64,000 nucleotides of DNA from Gordius albopunctatus (Eukaryota), in assembly GCA_964276515.1 (NCBI GenBank), contig OZ193909.1, positions 1,178,001 to 1,242,000 of the forward strand. The letters run 5' to 3'. This document shows positions 50,189-64,000 of this stretch, in pieces. Under the pieces are notes generated by a model that was not told the DNA's origin, did not search any database, and saw only the letters and a list, made by a program, of their open reading frames with translations. Position 1 is the first letter of the stretch. Each line of letters starts with the position of its first letter. The position numbers and the translations under genes are program-made.

Positions 50189-53100
50189 TCAAACGGGCGG
50201 TGGAATCGATGGCATCCCTGGGGGTGGGGGTGGTGGAATCAATGTCGCTAATGGAATATAAAACAAAATTCACTTTAATTAAAAATTTTATTAAATGGTT
50301 GAATTTTGAATCGTGTATTTATGGAAGGCTTTGGCTTTGATACTCATATTAGATTAATAATCAATCGCAATTTTAATTAAGATTTTAAACATCTTTTATT
50401 GCATTTTTCTATTTTAAAACTGTTCCGCTCCAAAATTTGCCTGTTAGTTAAGACTAAACATCAAAGCTTAAATTTGGCTTTAATACTTGATTTAGTTTGT
50501 TTTTAAAATTGCATCTTAAAAGTCATTTCCACGTGCTAGAATTAATACCTATAGAAAGCGGAGCTTGCCCCGCACCCCCCATAATTCCTGGGGGCGGTGG
50601 GGGTGGTGGTGCCAAATCGATGGAGGGTGGGGCCGCGGTAAGGCCGCTCGATGGTACATCACCTGTCGATTCGACCTCGATCGGTGTCGGATTGATGGGC
50701 ACAGGTTTGGGCTGAACTAGGCTAGAAACTGGAATTAATCCTCCTGAAGCGGATGAAGCGTTTTGCCCGCTCTCATTCTTGAACGCGAATTGAAGGTAAA
50801 ACTATTTGAAGGCGATCCCAAAATGAATCAAACAAAATTATACAATTTCCGCTGATCATAAACAATAATTTTATTTGTATATAGGATGATTAAGAACAAC
50901 ATCGAGTTTTTTTAAAAAGGGTTCTAAACTATAATCTTCTAAAGAGAACCAAGAAATGTTGGAATCTCTCAAGTTTGTCCTAACTTTGTACATGTTCGTA
51001 CATGAACGCAACCAAAGGGAGGTCTCTAAATCTTAAAATTAAAGTTATATTTTAATATAAAATTATGGTTAAAATTATCTGCTTTGCCTTTTCCTACATC
51101 ATTATTGCGCCCCCGGGCCCTCTATTTTAATCCTGCCGTATTCATCAGAATAAAAGATTATTATTACGATAAATAATGTTGAAATTGTTATATTTAATTT
51201 TTTTATAAATGACATGCAGATAGAATTTAAATTTAATTTTAGATCCGTAGAGATGAATATTTCACTAGATTCCCTTATTTCACGCACCTAAACCCGTGAA
51301 AGACTAATTCCAGACCACTCGCTTCGCCAAAAAAGCATATTTAACCTAAAGTTAACTTTCAGAATTTGAAGTAAGGTATCGGAGGGGGGTGGGCGTATGT
51401 ATGAATGCCCCAGCTGATAAACATATGATCGATTACTTGTTTAGCCTGGGAATTCCAAACGTACCAAAACTTTTTGTCGTGATACCCGAAGCCACCCACA
51501 GGTTTATCTACCTCCCGACTAGGCACTTTGAAGGCTATGGTCTCGTAGGGTTCGGCTGCGAACAGCAAATACTGCCATCTACGGTCTGGAGGTTCCACGT
51601 GCTGCTCGTAAGCCGACATAAAACGATGACGCGGTATTATGCCTGCGTTGATACATAGTCGAATAATATATGTATAAGCATTGAGTTGGCCGCCAGCCCC
51701 CAAATGACGGGAAATCGATTCAATGCGCAAAAACAGTTAAAAATTAAATAATTTTATGTTCCCCCCCCCCCCCCCCCGATTGAACTTTAGGAGTTTTGCA
51801 GCCTCCCTAATCCAAAACCTGGCTACCACTACAATTATTGGAAAATAAAGAGTTGGACACGGCGGAGAGACGGACGAACGGACCAACCAACAGCGATCCC
51901 ATAAATTGCATACGTAGCAATTAACACGTGTCTAGAGGCGGTAATAATCGGTCGGGCACGAAAACAATAATGGAATTTGGGCGACTCTGGCGAGGTGCAA
52001 AAAATTAGAGCCAGCGAGCGGAGGTCATGAGCCAGTCTATTTGGGAAAGAAAAGGCTTTTACGGAAGCAGCCATTAAAAACTCGTAGAAGAGTCCAAGGC
52101 AATTATTGGAATTCGGAAGATTAGGAGTCGGACAGAAGGGACAACTAAAAAGGAGCCCCAAAAATTGCATATATTAAAATTGATGAATCTGGATTCAATA
52201 ACTCTTCTTCACGTTAAGTCGATGACTGGCTCGTTGGTGGGGTGAGGTCGTCGAGCCTAAAAAGGGCTGGAATTGGTCAACCTTTGGTTTAACTAAGATC
52301 CTTAGAATTTGGACAAAGCGCCCAGTGGCGAACTAAAATGTAGGATCACTTTGAGGCCCCTTTCAATTTTTGTGATCATTAACCACAAAATCGAAGAAAG
52401 ATGAACCTAACATCATGGCAGCAATTAAAGTAAGACTAAAAACGATTGGCTTACTTTATTAACTTTATTTTTTGTGTGTGTGTGTGTGTGTAATCTCTTC
52501 TCCGTTAATTGTTGTTATAGCTGAAGATGGGTACTGAAGCAGAAATAGACCATTCCTTTCCCCCTTACTAATTTTATCAATCAGAACTCACCAGTTGTTA
52601 CCATCATATATACTTACAAAGGATTGACGATTAAATAACTTCATCCCATGAATATGAAGTTTGAATAGTTAGTCTATCAAAATAACCAAATTATGGGCAA
52701 TTTCTAAGTTTGGGCTGCTCGAGACCCTCCTTTCCCAATGGAATGTTAAATTAATGTCTCTTTTTTGCACAATTTGCTAGAATGTGTAATTTACATGAGG
52801 CAGAGCATAAGATGCAAACACTATACTAATAAGAGAAACAATTAATTAATTAAGCTCTAACTAATTTAATCAATACATTATAATAATGCATGGAATGAAA
52901 AGAGAAAATTTAGGGTTTAACTTAAGGCTCATCAATATCGAAACAATAAGCATTTGAATTAATCTTATACTTTGGGCTTAAAACAATTTCATCTGCTTAC
53001 AAAATTTGAGCACCCATTTCTTTACAATCATAATACTAATTAAGAACTACCAATTTTACAATGAAGGCAAAACTATTATTTTTTTATAAAAATTAATATA

Positions 53101-54332
53101 TGTCTAATAGTGTAATTTTTTCAAGTATACCATCTCCAATTTCAGGGTAATCCACCTGGAAAAGCAAACTGCATTGCCCATTTTCTGGATCTTTTTGTTT
53201 AGTTACCTTGTTACAAAAAAACAAATGTCATATAAAGATTTAAGTGCATGTATAGTAACAAATTTAATCGTATAATGTTATTTTTTAAAAAAATATAAGG
53301 GTTGCAAATTGTTTTTCATAAATTAGATAATAAAAAATGTTGATGAGAATTTAAATGACATTGTAACACAAGGTATATTAATTTACAATTATAAACACAC
53401 AAAAAAACACCTATAATTGATAATGGAAATTAACTCAAAAAAATATGTGAATTTTTATTTAATAGCCAAACAATTTAACTAAAAAATTAAACATAGGTTA
53501 GATATGATTATATTATACAATAATAGACAAATATATCCGTTATTTATTAGAGTATGGATTAATAACTGGATATAACTTTCAACATCTTACATATTTTTAT
53601 ACACAAATTATTGTCTATTCATCTCTAGAATTGAATTAGACCTATTGATTTTATATATGGGGCATATTTTAAAACTAAAATTTGCTATCATTAAAATATA
53701 TTCCAAAAAATAATGTTTGTTGTTGTCTCAAATAAAGTTTTTTGCATTTGCTTAACTTAAGTTGCTTAAATAACTATTCACTAACCTTGTAACCAGGCCT
53801 GCCTATCTTAACAAATTTCTTTTTTGTAGCAGATGATGCCCTGTCAGCAGCCAAGGCAAGGCTGGGTTGCATTTGTTGGTTGGCTGATGCATCCCTAGCT
53901 TCTTTAGCTGCCCTCCTTGCTAAATTAGATTGATGCTTTTTCCCTTGTGTGTGAGCTAAATAACTCCCTTCATTATTATGTAGTGTAAGACATAGTTTGC
54001 ATTCATAAGTCCCCAAATGATTTTTCATAAAATAGGGGTCCTAGAGTAGATAGATCCCCATATAAATTATATAAACACATTAAATAATGGTTAAATTAAA
54101 GTATATAGCATGTGATAATACAATAAATAAATAAAAGAATTAATAAACAACATAGGTTAAATAAAGATTGATTTTAATCAAATTGTTCAATACAATTTTA
54201 TATTACTTTTCCCAAATCAATCGTTTCTAATGCTAGCAATCTAAGTCTTTCCCTCCTATCTTGATTTGTTTCAGACCATGATGCAACTCCACCAGAACCT
54301 GTCTTTGCGCCTGGTCTATGCTGAAAATCCAT
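50189..54332 (-). CDS. SF3A2: Splicing factor 3A subunit 2 (SF3a66), 6 exons, predicted 324 aa
   Basis: Exons 54332-54207, 54040-53786, 53206-53131, 51642-51437, 50801-50549, 50247-50189 (975 nt, phases consistent). MDFQHRPGAKTGSGG, ECKLCLTLHNNEGSYLAHTQGKKH, PRHRFMSAYEQ, AAEPYETIAFKVPSRE, proline-rich tail. Confidence 0.97.
51865..51924 (-). repeat. 5' fragment of the DINE-1/HINE-like family in an SF3A2 intron
   Basis: Reverse complement reads ttaattgctac..atgcaatttatggg followed by a TCCG-type microsatellite. Confidence 0.6.
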
Positions 54333-55200
54333 TTTTAAATATATGAATTCGAAAATTGAGAACAATAACAAAATGGTACCACACCTAAGTAAGCGGAGTT
54401 AGGAAAAGGGTATGCGCTTTCAAAATATTCCATTCCTATATTAGTAAAATTAAAAATAGGCATGTATTGATAGATATAAATATTATTCAAATTTTTTACG
54501 TTTGCAGCCACGTCTGAAAAATTTTTCTGGTACTCTACGTTCGTATTTTATATTTTATGAATTTATTGTCATTTAGTGTCCTAAATCCTTAATCAATTTT
54601 TATAAAAAAATAAAATATGGTTCATACTCAATCAAAATTATATTTTAACTTGTCAAATCGCATATATATTCAGCTATTTCTTAATTTCATGCAAAGTATC
54701 TTCTATATTAATTGATGTAAAACCATTCATAATCAATTAAAACAATAAAAATAATAGCATATTAAAAATGCGCGATAAATATAAACTTATGAACTAATTT
54801 TAAAAACGTTTTTATGCTAATTTTGTCTGATGCTAGCATTATAAATGGACACAGTTTTTTATCTACTCGATGTTATCTAAATTTCCCATACCTACTCTAC
54901 CATTTCGTATAATTAGAAGGTCCTAAATCTGAATCACACAAAATATAAAAAACAACTAAAGTTACTATATTATTATTATGATGATCAAATCTGAGATCTC
55001 GCTTATAAAATCGCAAGTCAAAATTCTCATCTCGTCTCGGTTTTTGGAAACGAGACTAGACCGAGATTTTTCTAGGATTTTTCGCATCCATATCCACTAC
55101 AATTTGAGTATTTGACGGCTAACAAACAGGATATTAATTAGACAAACCAATCAAGCACAGCCTTATTTAGAACTTTACATTCACAGCGTTATTTAGCATA

Positions 55201-56422
55201 TCTTATATATAAAAATGAAACTATGTGTGTATGTATGTGTGTGTATGCCGCCACAAATTTTGGAGAACTATCAGACCGATCTTGCTCAAAATTTCACAGT
55301 TCATTCCCTACACTCCGGAGCATGTTTTAAGATATGTATCTTCGAGCCAAATCGGTCCAGTAGTTTTCGAGTTAGTTTGTTTTATATGTTTTTCCGTTTA
55401 ATAAAATGTCAATCAAACGCAACTTCATGACTTACTGCCTATTTAAATGAAACTATGTGTGTGCATGGGAGTAGGTAGTGTAGTGTGATAAATGTAGGCA
55501 TGTGCTGCGGAAAATGAAAACTTTTTACGATTTTAAACATTAAATCAAAGCATGGGCGTACGCAGGTTTTGAATTAGGGGGGAGGCAGATTTAAAAATAA
55601 ATTTCTCGACTATCCAAAAATTTTCATAAGAGCAAAAAAAGGTCTTCGACTACTAAATTCCTAAATTTTTCCTGAGACCGGCAGGGGGTATCCGCCCTCC
55701 CTGCCCTCCCGTGGCTAATTAGGGGGGGGGCAAAACATAATTTTTAATGGTTTTTGTATTGAAAATTTTTTTTTTAATTAGGGGGGGGGCGTCTGGCCAA
55801 AATGTCAATCAAACGCAACCTCATGACGTACTGCCTATCTAAATGAAACTATGTTAGTGTGATAAATGTAGGCATGTGATGCGGAAAATGGAAACTTTTT
55901 ACGATTTGAAACATTAAATCAAAGTCATTTTTTTGCTTATTTTTCACGTCAATTATTATTATAGGACAGTCGTGTCCACTCCTGCGTGGCTAAATAAATT
56001 AAAAAATCTAATTTTGTCATTTTTTGCGCGTTAAATAAGTAGAAAAATGAAAATACTTTTAACAAAGTGCCAATAAATGTTGATATATCTCAGTTCTTCG
56101 GACATTATTAATTTCAGAATCAAAAGTCTTATTCAGAAACAAATAATTATAATTATGATATTGTTTCTTAATTACAAAAGAATATAGAAAAAATTAATTG
56201 AAGGGCCAGGGGGCCAAAGATTTTTCCCTTGGGGGGGCATGGGACCAGGTTTTCTCTCTTAGGTGGGCCTGGGCCTTAGGCACTCTTTAACTATTTGTTT
56301 AAAAATTATCAAACTTTATTTTTACTTCAATAACCGCTTTATCATCATATATGCCCTAAAATTCCAACATAATTTAATACACCCGGGTAAATGGCAAAAC
56401 ATCGTTTGCCGGGTTAATCTAG
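55201..56422 (+). mobile_element. Non-autonomous Helitron
   Basis: A|TC 5' end (tcttatatataaaaatg) followed by a TG/TATG microsatellite; 3' hairpin ggcaaa-acatcg-tttgcc then CTAG|T at 56419-56422. Confidence 0.75.
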
Positions 56423-57823
56423 TCCATTATATAACTGGTTTAATTTTTAGATGTCTCATGGCCATAAATCACTTAACAAACTAATATAATACATAGTTTG
56501 AATTAAATTAAATATAGTGCAGATGGTAGCGATTATATCAAAGATGTTTATGGAAGACTTTTCAAATAGTAAGATGGAATTATAGTACTTAAACTCCATT
56601 AGGAGAGGAACATTACTTACCATTCTAATTATATTTTAAATTAGATAATTAAAATTTAAAATACATATTCCTAAATTTGCTTTTATATATTAGTTAATCT
56701 ACTCTAGTTTACCCAAACCATCTCCAAGGTGGTATAAGTTATTGTATTTTGCCCAATATTTGTGGCTGGATGTGATATCTATCTATACCTTAAGGAAATT
56801 TCAGAGTTCCAACAAAATTAGGATCATTTGTTTTTAAAAGATTTTTTAATTTCTTAAGCAGTCTGTACCAAATCAGTATAACGTCTGGCTGACACACACT
56901 CTAGCAATAGCAATTTTCTTTTCTAATTACTAGTAATATTTATGTTGAGTCATAAAATTCGGTTATCCACAATTAAAGATGTAAAGATCGAAAGTTAGAG
57001 TGCTAAAAAACCTGTAGGATTAGTTGAAGTAAACACTTTGCAACCAGAGAGGCACTGCTATATGGAAAGATTAGATGAGTTATACTATTATGATTTAGAT
57101 GTTATGTCCAAATTAAAAAGGCAGGCATGGGCGTAGCCATGATTTATATCAGAGGGGAGAAAAATGATAAATTCTTGAAATTTTAGCCATAACTGTATTA
57201 AATTAGCAAAATTATATCATAAGGGTTTTAGTTTTAATTTTATTCATATAAAAAAATTAAAAATTATTTCCTTTATTTTAAAATTATTTTCTATATTTTA
57301 AAATTATTATCTGATGGGCATAGGAAAAATAAATCATCTTTTACCCCGCTTCAACGAATTTTATGAATAAAATATTAATTTAAATATCGTCTTAGGGGTA
57401 TAATAAAGTGGATAAGTTGGGAAAGTCTACAATGTGCATGTCAGAATAACTAATTACCGCGTCTGGAAATTATAGCGAGGTGATAATCATAATTTTGAAA
57501 ATATTAAGGAATGTTAATCAATTGCGTGAATTGCCTAAAAGTATATTTAATCTGTCGTTCTATTCGAGGGAAATAAAGCTCCATTTACAGTTTACTAGTT
57601 TTAAATCATAAATAAAAATAAATCTCGCACGCAATTTACTTAAGGAAATATTGTTTCAATAATACTAGCACTAGAGTTACCAACCTTTTAAAACGAATAC
57701 TCGCAGACCAAAATCAAATTGTTGATGCTCTTTAAGATTATTCTTAATTAGTTGAAAATTTACAGCCGCTTGATATTTTTTGTCTTTCGAAACAAATTAG
57801 AATGTCAGATAGATTTTTACTTA

Positions 57824-59485
57824 TTAATTGCTATGAAATTTATGGGCTCGTTTTTGGTTGTCCGTCGTCCGTCCGTCCGTCGTCCACTAAGTTATTTACA
57901 ACAGCTTCCCGACCTGGAGGTTGCGGGTTCGAGACCCGGAGAGGACAAATTTTTTTTTTTTAAAATTAAATTAATATTTTGTTCTTGTTAATACCATTGA
58001 TAATATGACTTTTTGACCGTCCGCAGGCTACTGACCAATGAAAAAATGACCACTGGCCAGATAAATCAAAATTTTTAATTTTTCGTTTTTGAATAGTTTA
58101 ACATTGATAATTACCCTATGCCGTCCCCTACAAGGGCCTATGGCTCTATTTATATGGTTCCCTGTTCCCCTCCAAAGGCTTATGCCTCTATTTAATGTGG
58201 GTTTGAATCCCGGCGAACGTTCTAAATTGATGGTTCGAGACCCGGAGAGGACAAAAATTTTTATTTTTTTTTAAATTAAATTAATATATTGTTCTTGTTA
58301 ATACCATTGATAATATGAATTTTTGACCGTCCGCAGGCTACTGACCAATGAAAAAATGACCACTTGCCAGATAAATCGAAATTTTTAATTTTTCGTTTTT
58401 GAATAGTTTAACATTGATAATTACCCTATGCCCTCCCCTACAAGGGCCTATGGCTCTATTTATATGGTTCCCTGTTCCCCTCCAAAGGCTTATGCCTCTA
58501 TTTAATGTGGGTTCGAATCCCGGAGAGGGCAAAATTTTTATTTTTTTAATTAATTTAATATTTTGTTCTTGTTAATACCATTGATAATATGACTTTTTGA
58601 CCGTCCGCTGGCTACTGACCAATGAAAAAATGAACATTGGCCAAATAAATCCTAATTTTTCGTTTTTCCTTTTTGAATAAGTTAACATTGATAATTGAAA
58701 AAAATTACCATTGGCCAAATAAATCAAAATTTTTTGTTCGTTTTTGAATAGGTTAACATTGATAATTACCCTATACTTTTTAATAATTGCTATGCAATTT
58801 ATCTAGTTTTTGGGTTAGAATCCCGGAGTTTTTTTTGACTCTTATGATTGTTCTTGTTACTATCAATGATAATAAGACTTTTTGGCCGTCCGCTGGCTGC
58901 TGACCAATGGAATAAAATGACCATTGGCCAAAATGTGATTCGAAAATTTTTTTTTCGTTTTTTTTTGACTGTTATGAATTTATATCCACTTTTACTGTGT
59001 CCTGGCTGCTGACCAATGGAAAAAAATGACCATTGGCCAAAATGTGAATCGAAATTATTTTTTCCGTTTTTTTTTACTCTTATGAATTTATATCCACTTT
59101 TACCGTGTGCTGGCTGCTGACCAATGGAAAAAAATGACCATTGGCCAAAATGTGAATCGAAATTATTTTTTCCGTTTTTTTTGACTATTATGATTGTTCC
59201 TGTTCCTAACATTGCTATTATGACTTTTTGGTAATACAACTCCCGTAGAATTTAACTAACCATAAAGCTTCCCCTTCGCTCCCCCTCTCCCCCTTTATGA
59301 TATTTATGATATTCGGCATATACACTTATTTAGTGCTTCCAACCTTCGTTTTGCAATATTCACGTAAGTATTTCCATAAATTGCATAGCAAATATGATAC
59401 ATTTATACGGAGTGTAGATGAGTTCCCCCTTCCCTCCCCTCCTCCCCTTCCCCCTTCCCACGAGGGCCGAAGGCCCGAGTTTATT
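57824..59485 (+). mobile_element. DINE-1/HINE-like element with internal tandem repeats (~306-bp and ~116-bp units)
   Basis: 5' subTIR + (TCCG)n; units starting 57926 and 58232; second subTIR at ~58785; shorter repeats ~58895-59190; inverted subTIR 59374-59393; gggcc-gaa-ggccc hairpin 59464-59476. Confidence 0.75.
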
Positions 59486-59524
59486 TTTTTTAATCTATTT
59501 AATATATTTAAGCGGCTATAAGTT

Positions 59525-59636
59525 ATTTTTTTTTTTTTTTTTAAATTGATATGCTTTATTAAATAAAAAGTATTAAATATTGAGTGGAATTAATAAAAAG
59601 ATACAAGAACGAAAACATTTATATAAAAAAAATGAT
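59525..59636 (-). mobile_element. Short retrocopy of the CRE-like 3' UTR with poly(A)
   Basis: Reverse complement is nearly identical to 34943-35048; T-run at 59526-59542. Confidence 0.75.
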
Positions 59637-59834
59637 CTCGAAAGCTATTGTGCTGCCTTCACCAAGTTATAAAATAAGACAAGCTACTTCTACTGGCTTT
59701 CCGAAAGATAGGATCCTTAATCAACGCCAAAAAAGATCAAATTTATTTATTACTATTTTTCGCGATATATAATTGTTCATTGTATTATTCCGTAATATAT
59801 TATAATCCTCCACATTTTTATAGGGTGTTATTTA

Positions 59835-62040
59835 AATTCTCAGTAAAATATGTTCAGTATTTTATTAATTTGCTCATTAAAAAATTCAAAAATGCTCAGT
59901 AAATAATCTTAATATTGCTCAGTTATAAATCCAAAATTCTCAGTAAATAATCTTAATATTGCTCAGTTATAAATCCAAAATGCTCAGTAAATAATCTTAC
60001 TATTGCTCAGTTATAAATTTAAAATGCTCAGTATTTTCAAAAAAATGCTCAGTAATTTTAATAAATAATACTCAATCTATTTAGCACTAATATTTTGTAA
60101 AAATAAAGGTAAATTGAGTGTGTTGAAATGGAAATAGTTTATTTTGTCTAAATTAAATAGATTGGAGACCTGATTATTAAATTTTTAAAGGTTATAAAGT
60201 ATCTTAGTGTCTTGAATTTTTTCTCTTTAACTCCTCCCTTCTCTCCCTTCAAATAAATAAATAAATAGCAAGTTAAAAAGCTATGAAAAGTAATGACAAA
60301 TGCTCTGCCTTTCCCTTCTTAAATTTTACATGTTTATAATGTATTTTTTTGCAAAATAAAATTTTTATTTGAATATAATCACAAATATGTACAAATAGAG
60401 ATTAATAATAATAATTAACAATTTAAAATGAAAAATAGACAAATTTTGCTGGAGACAACTTTCATTTCGAAAACCTAAAATTTGTTATATAATCTTATTC
60501 TTCTTCTTTATCAGTTATTTGGTCCCACATTGGTGGGGTTTGTTTTGATGAGTCTCTTCCATCTTGACCGGGTTAGTGCCATGTCTTGACTAATCTCTTT
60601 AGTTTCCATAACTTTATCGACTTGCCTTTTCCACGTGACACGGGGTCGTCCTCTTCCTCTCTTCCCCGGTATTTTCATGTCTAGCACTTTTCGATTTACG
60701 TCATCCGGGTCCCTTCTTGGTATATGCCCATACCACCTTAGCCGATTTTCGTTAATCATGTCCGCCATAGGTTGAATACTCATTTTTGTCATGAGAAAGT
60801 CATTCGTCATATGTTCGAGCTTAGTATACCCCAAGCTCCACCGTATCATTCTCATCTCCGTGGCTTGTAATAGCTTTCCTTCCGTGGTGTTTAATGCCCA
60901 TGTTTCACTTCCATAGAGTAACACCGGTCTTACGATGTATTTGTAAGCTTTCCTCTTCAACCATATTGGCATTTTCTTGTCCCACATTTCACCGGATATA
61001 CTTCGCCATTTAAGCCATCCTTTTTGAATCCGGGCATTGATTTCAGTTGCGCAACCTCTCTCTTGATGTAGCATAGAGCCGAGGTAAGTAAACCTGTCTA
61101 CTTTTGGGTACTTTAGGTGGTCATCCATCGATGGGGTGCTTGTACCGTTCATTTCCATGTATACCGTTTTTCGATCGTTGACCTTTAAACCATATCCAGC
61201 TAAGCGCTTTGACCACTTTTATGCTTCTTCGAATACCTTCTCCCTTGTTTCCTCGCATAGTACTATATCATCGGCATATAGCATACACCATGGCGATGGC
61301 TTTTGAAAGTCCCTCGTTATCGTGTCTATAATTATATTAAATAAAAAGGGACTTAAAGCAGAGCCTTGATGTAATCCAATATTAAACCAAAAATGTTTAG
61401 AGTCTCCAACTGTCGTCCTAACGCAAGAGTTTGAAGCTTCATAGATATTAAAATTTGTTATATAATCAATGTTAAATAATCTAAACTTACCATTACTGAA
61501 CAATAAAGGCTGATTTAGTCTTTGAGGGTCTGCCTCGCTTTCTTTTTTGCCCTATAGGCACACTTTTGGTTTCTTTAGGCGGTTGGCAAAATTTAAGTTT
61601 AATTGAATATATTGTTTATAAAAAGATGGACAATTGCACTTGCCTTGAAACCATTTTTCGCAATCGTTTGGTAATTCACATAGCCAAAGCTTAAATTTCT
61701 TTTCTTTAACAAATTTTGTAAAACTTAATTCTTTTATAAACAAAAATAAACCATTTATCAGCTAAGCACTTTGACTACATGGGAAACACACAAGACTCTT
61801 ACTTAGATGCTTCGTGTTCAAATCTCGCTCTTGAATTTTATTTTAAAACTAGTTTTTAGTAACTTTGCATAAATAAAAAAATTACTGAGCAAGATTTGAA
61901 TAAATAACTGAACAAATAAATTTATTACTGAATAAATAATTAAATAACTGAGCATTAAATTATTTACTGAGCGTTTAATTATTCAACTGAGCATTTGAAT
62001 ATTCTACTGAGGAAAATTGAATTAAGTACTGAGCAAAATA
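59835..62040 (-). mobile_element. MULE/Foldback-like element remnant with repeat-rich inverted arms
   Basis: Left arm rich in tgctcagta (including ~44-bp tandem x3); right arm rich in tactgagca. SWIM-like CNCPSFYKQYI and QKRKRGRPSKTKSAF at ~61495-61650. Ends and TSD not resolved. Confidence 0.6.
60495..61448 (-). mobile_element. 5'-truncated RTE LINE
   Basis: GLHQGSALSP, LYADD, YLGS, LLYGSETW, RLRWYGH, RGRGRP; (AAG)n-like tail; 19-bp TSD taaaatttgttatataatc at 60476-60494 and 61449-61467. Confidence 0.92.
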
Positions 62041-64000
62041 ATTTGTTCTCATTTTTATAATTCAGAGATGTATTAATTTCTAATTTATCATTAACTTATC
62101 TGTAATATTAAATCTATGAAGACATAAAAACAAAGTTAGTTAATATTCGTACTCCTGCTTTTAAAATTTACGGAATGTTAATTAAATATAAAGAATATGG
62201 ATATTAAAACAATTTGGATTTAACTATAGATCAAACAGCAATATATGCCCCCAATAATTATATGAGAAGAGGTATTGTTGAGGATAGTTTTCGAAATGTC
62301 AGAATTAATCACAGGTTTACTGCATTAGAAATTAATCAAATTTTAAAATATGTCTATTCTTCGTTCATTACTATAGCTTTTTTATCAAAACCAAATCAAA
62401 TATGAGTGATTGGCTTTAATGCGCATTTGTTGATGGTCTATTCGTATGCCCGTCTGTCTGTGGCTCTGCTGATTCGAATAACCTTAAGTATTTATATAAA
62501 AAATAAATAGTGAAGATAAATGATATGTAAATATAATACCATTTTTTTACACACTTTTAGCTCATAGTTATAAAATACATGCTAAAATATTTGAATTAAT
62601 AAAGGGAATAGAGCCATGCGTCAAAATTATATTGGAATTTACATATATTACCTTGTATAAGCAAGCTATAATGTTAAATCAGCTGTTGCATGCACGCACA
62701 GTTTTAAATCTCCTATCAAATTATGCGAAATTTAAAACTTTGAATAATTCTTAAAAAGTAAGCTTACTAAATTTTTGCAAATATCTTTTTTGACCTAATT
62801 GTATATGTTAAGAGTCGATTTTTGATTATTTGGTAAAAACGTTATCTATTAAATTTGCTTAATACTCATAAACATTTATTTTTATATCTTGGCTTATTAA
62901 GTAACACTGTTTTATAATACTTATTGAAGTAATCTATGCATTTTATGTGTTTATGTAAAATATTTTTAAGGTACTTATAATTTTTTCTACTATTTTTAAA
63001 ACATTGCAATTTTATGTTTAGTGTTGAAACAATGTTTCAATATTCAACTCAAATTAATAATTATAATTGTTAATAAAAAATCTTAGTTTTTTTATTTCTT
63101 GAATTATATCTACTTTTCTTTCTTCAATTATATCTAAAAACATAACCTCAAACAATCCATGATGTAATGTAATAAATGATTTATAAATTCCGAATCACCT
63201 TGATCTTCCTGTGTTATCTATCATGTGTGTTTAATATTCATTCCCAATTGATGCCTTAAGGCTGTATTAATTATTCCCCTTTAACCCCAAATCAAACTTT
63301 AAAAAGATAGTCATTTACTATTCTGACTGATTATATCTATGCTTTTTTGGGAAAAATAATTTATTATCTACACTTTTTAGCCTTGATTTTGCTGAAAATT
63401 TTATTTTAAGCCACCTAAATATATGAACTAACTTTAGGAAAAACCATGATTTTTGAATTAATTTTCTTTTAATTTTAAAATTATATAATATATAAAAGAT
63501 TATTTTTAAATAAACAACATTTCTGACAAATGTAGATTTTGTTTGAAAGAGATTAAATCATAGCAGACATTAATACTGCCATTTTTGGATATAAAATGTT
63601 AAATTACATTTTAAATCAACAAAACACTTTTAACACAGATTAAACCCACATGCTGTTTTAGTTTTATTTCAAAATTAGATATGAAGTTTGCTAAGAGCTT
63701 AACAATTTATGTTAGAATAGTAATTTATCTTGCTCTAACTTTGAAAAGTGTTTAAAAGATGGCCATTTAAAGTTGGACAATTACAGTGAAATCCTTGAAA
63801 ACTTTTAAGACACATTCAAATCATATTATCATTCGAGAAAAGGACAGATAGGCACATTGAGGACGAACTTAATTGATGTGTCATATACAAGTTTAAATGA
63901 TGCTCTGTACGACCTCGAGAAGAAATTATAGATATAATGGAGACCGGGATTACTTTTATATCTTTTCAATTATTTTTAAAATTAATAACCATAAAACATT

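Noticed and set aside
57926..59190. CRISPR-like array or true tRNA genes; ORF 58799-59239
   Set aside because: Long tandem units without unique spacers; no full cloverleaf; the ORF is a translation of the repeat.
62400..62670. Possible snoRNA, or minus-strand terminal exons of a gene extending rightwards
   Set aside because: Box C is poor; the splice-compatible peptide is short and unrecognisable.

Overview
AT-rich, intron-containing eukaryotic (probably invertebrate animal) genomic DNA dominated by nested transposable elements. Host genes: a CARD-domain exon (DLG5-like, minus strand), UFD1 (plus, many 34-40 nt introns), an initiator tRNA-Met, an FHL/limpet-like LIM-only gene and SF3A2 (minus). 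Mobile elements: a decayed Helitron carrying a CRE-type non-LTR element and an RT-deleted Mag/Gypsy element; a Gypsy RT-RH-IN core plus an extra ORF held between ~430-640 bp inverted repeats; an RTE-like LINE interrupted by an apparently intact 6-exon hAT transposon; several hAT MITEs with 8-bp TSDs; DINE-1/HINE-like elements with tRNA B-box-like arrays; a non-autonomous Helitron; and a MULE-like foldback. The most unusual item is an uninterrupted RT-RNase H reading frame (46205-47335) with motifs recalling hepadnavirus/nackednavirus/HEART polymerases (DIRS/Ngaro is the alternative). It sits inside two nested hAT elements and is followed by a bulged stem-loop. All calls come from reading motifs by eye; no searches were run.
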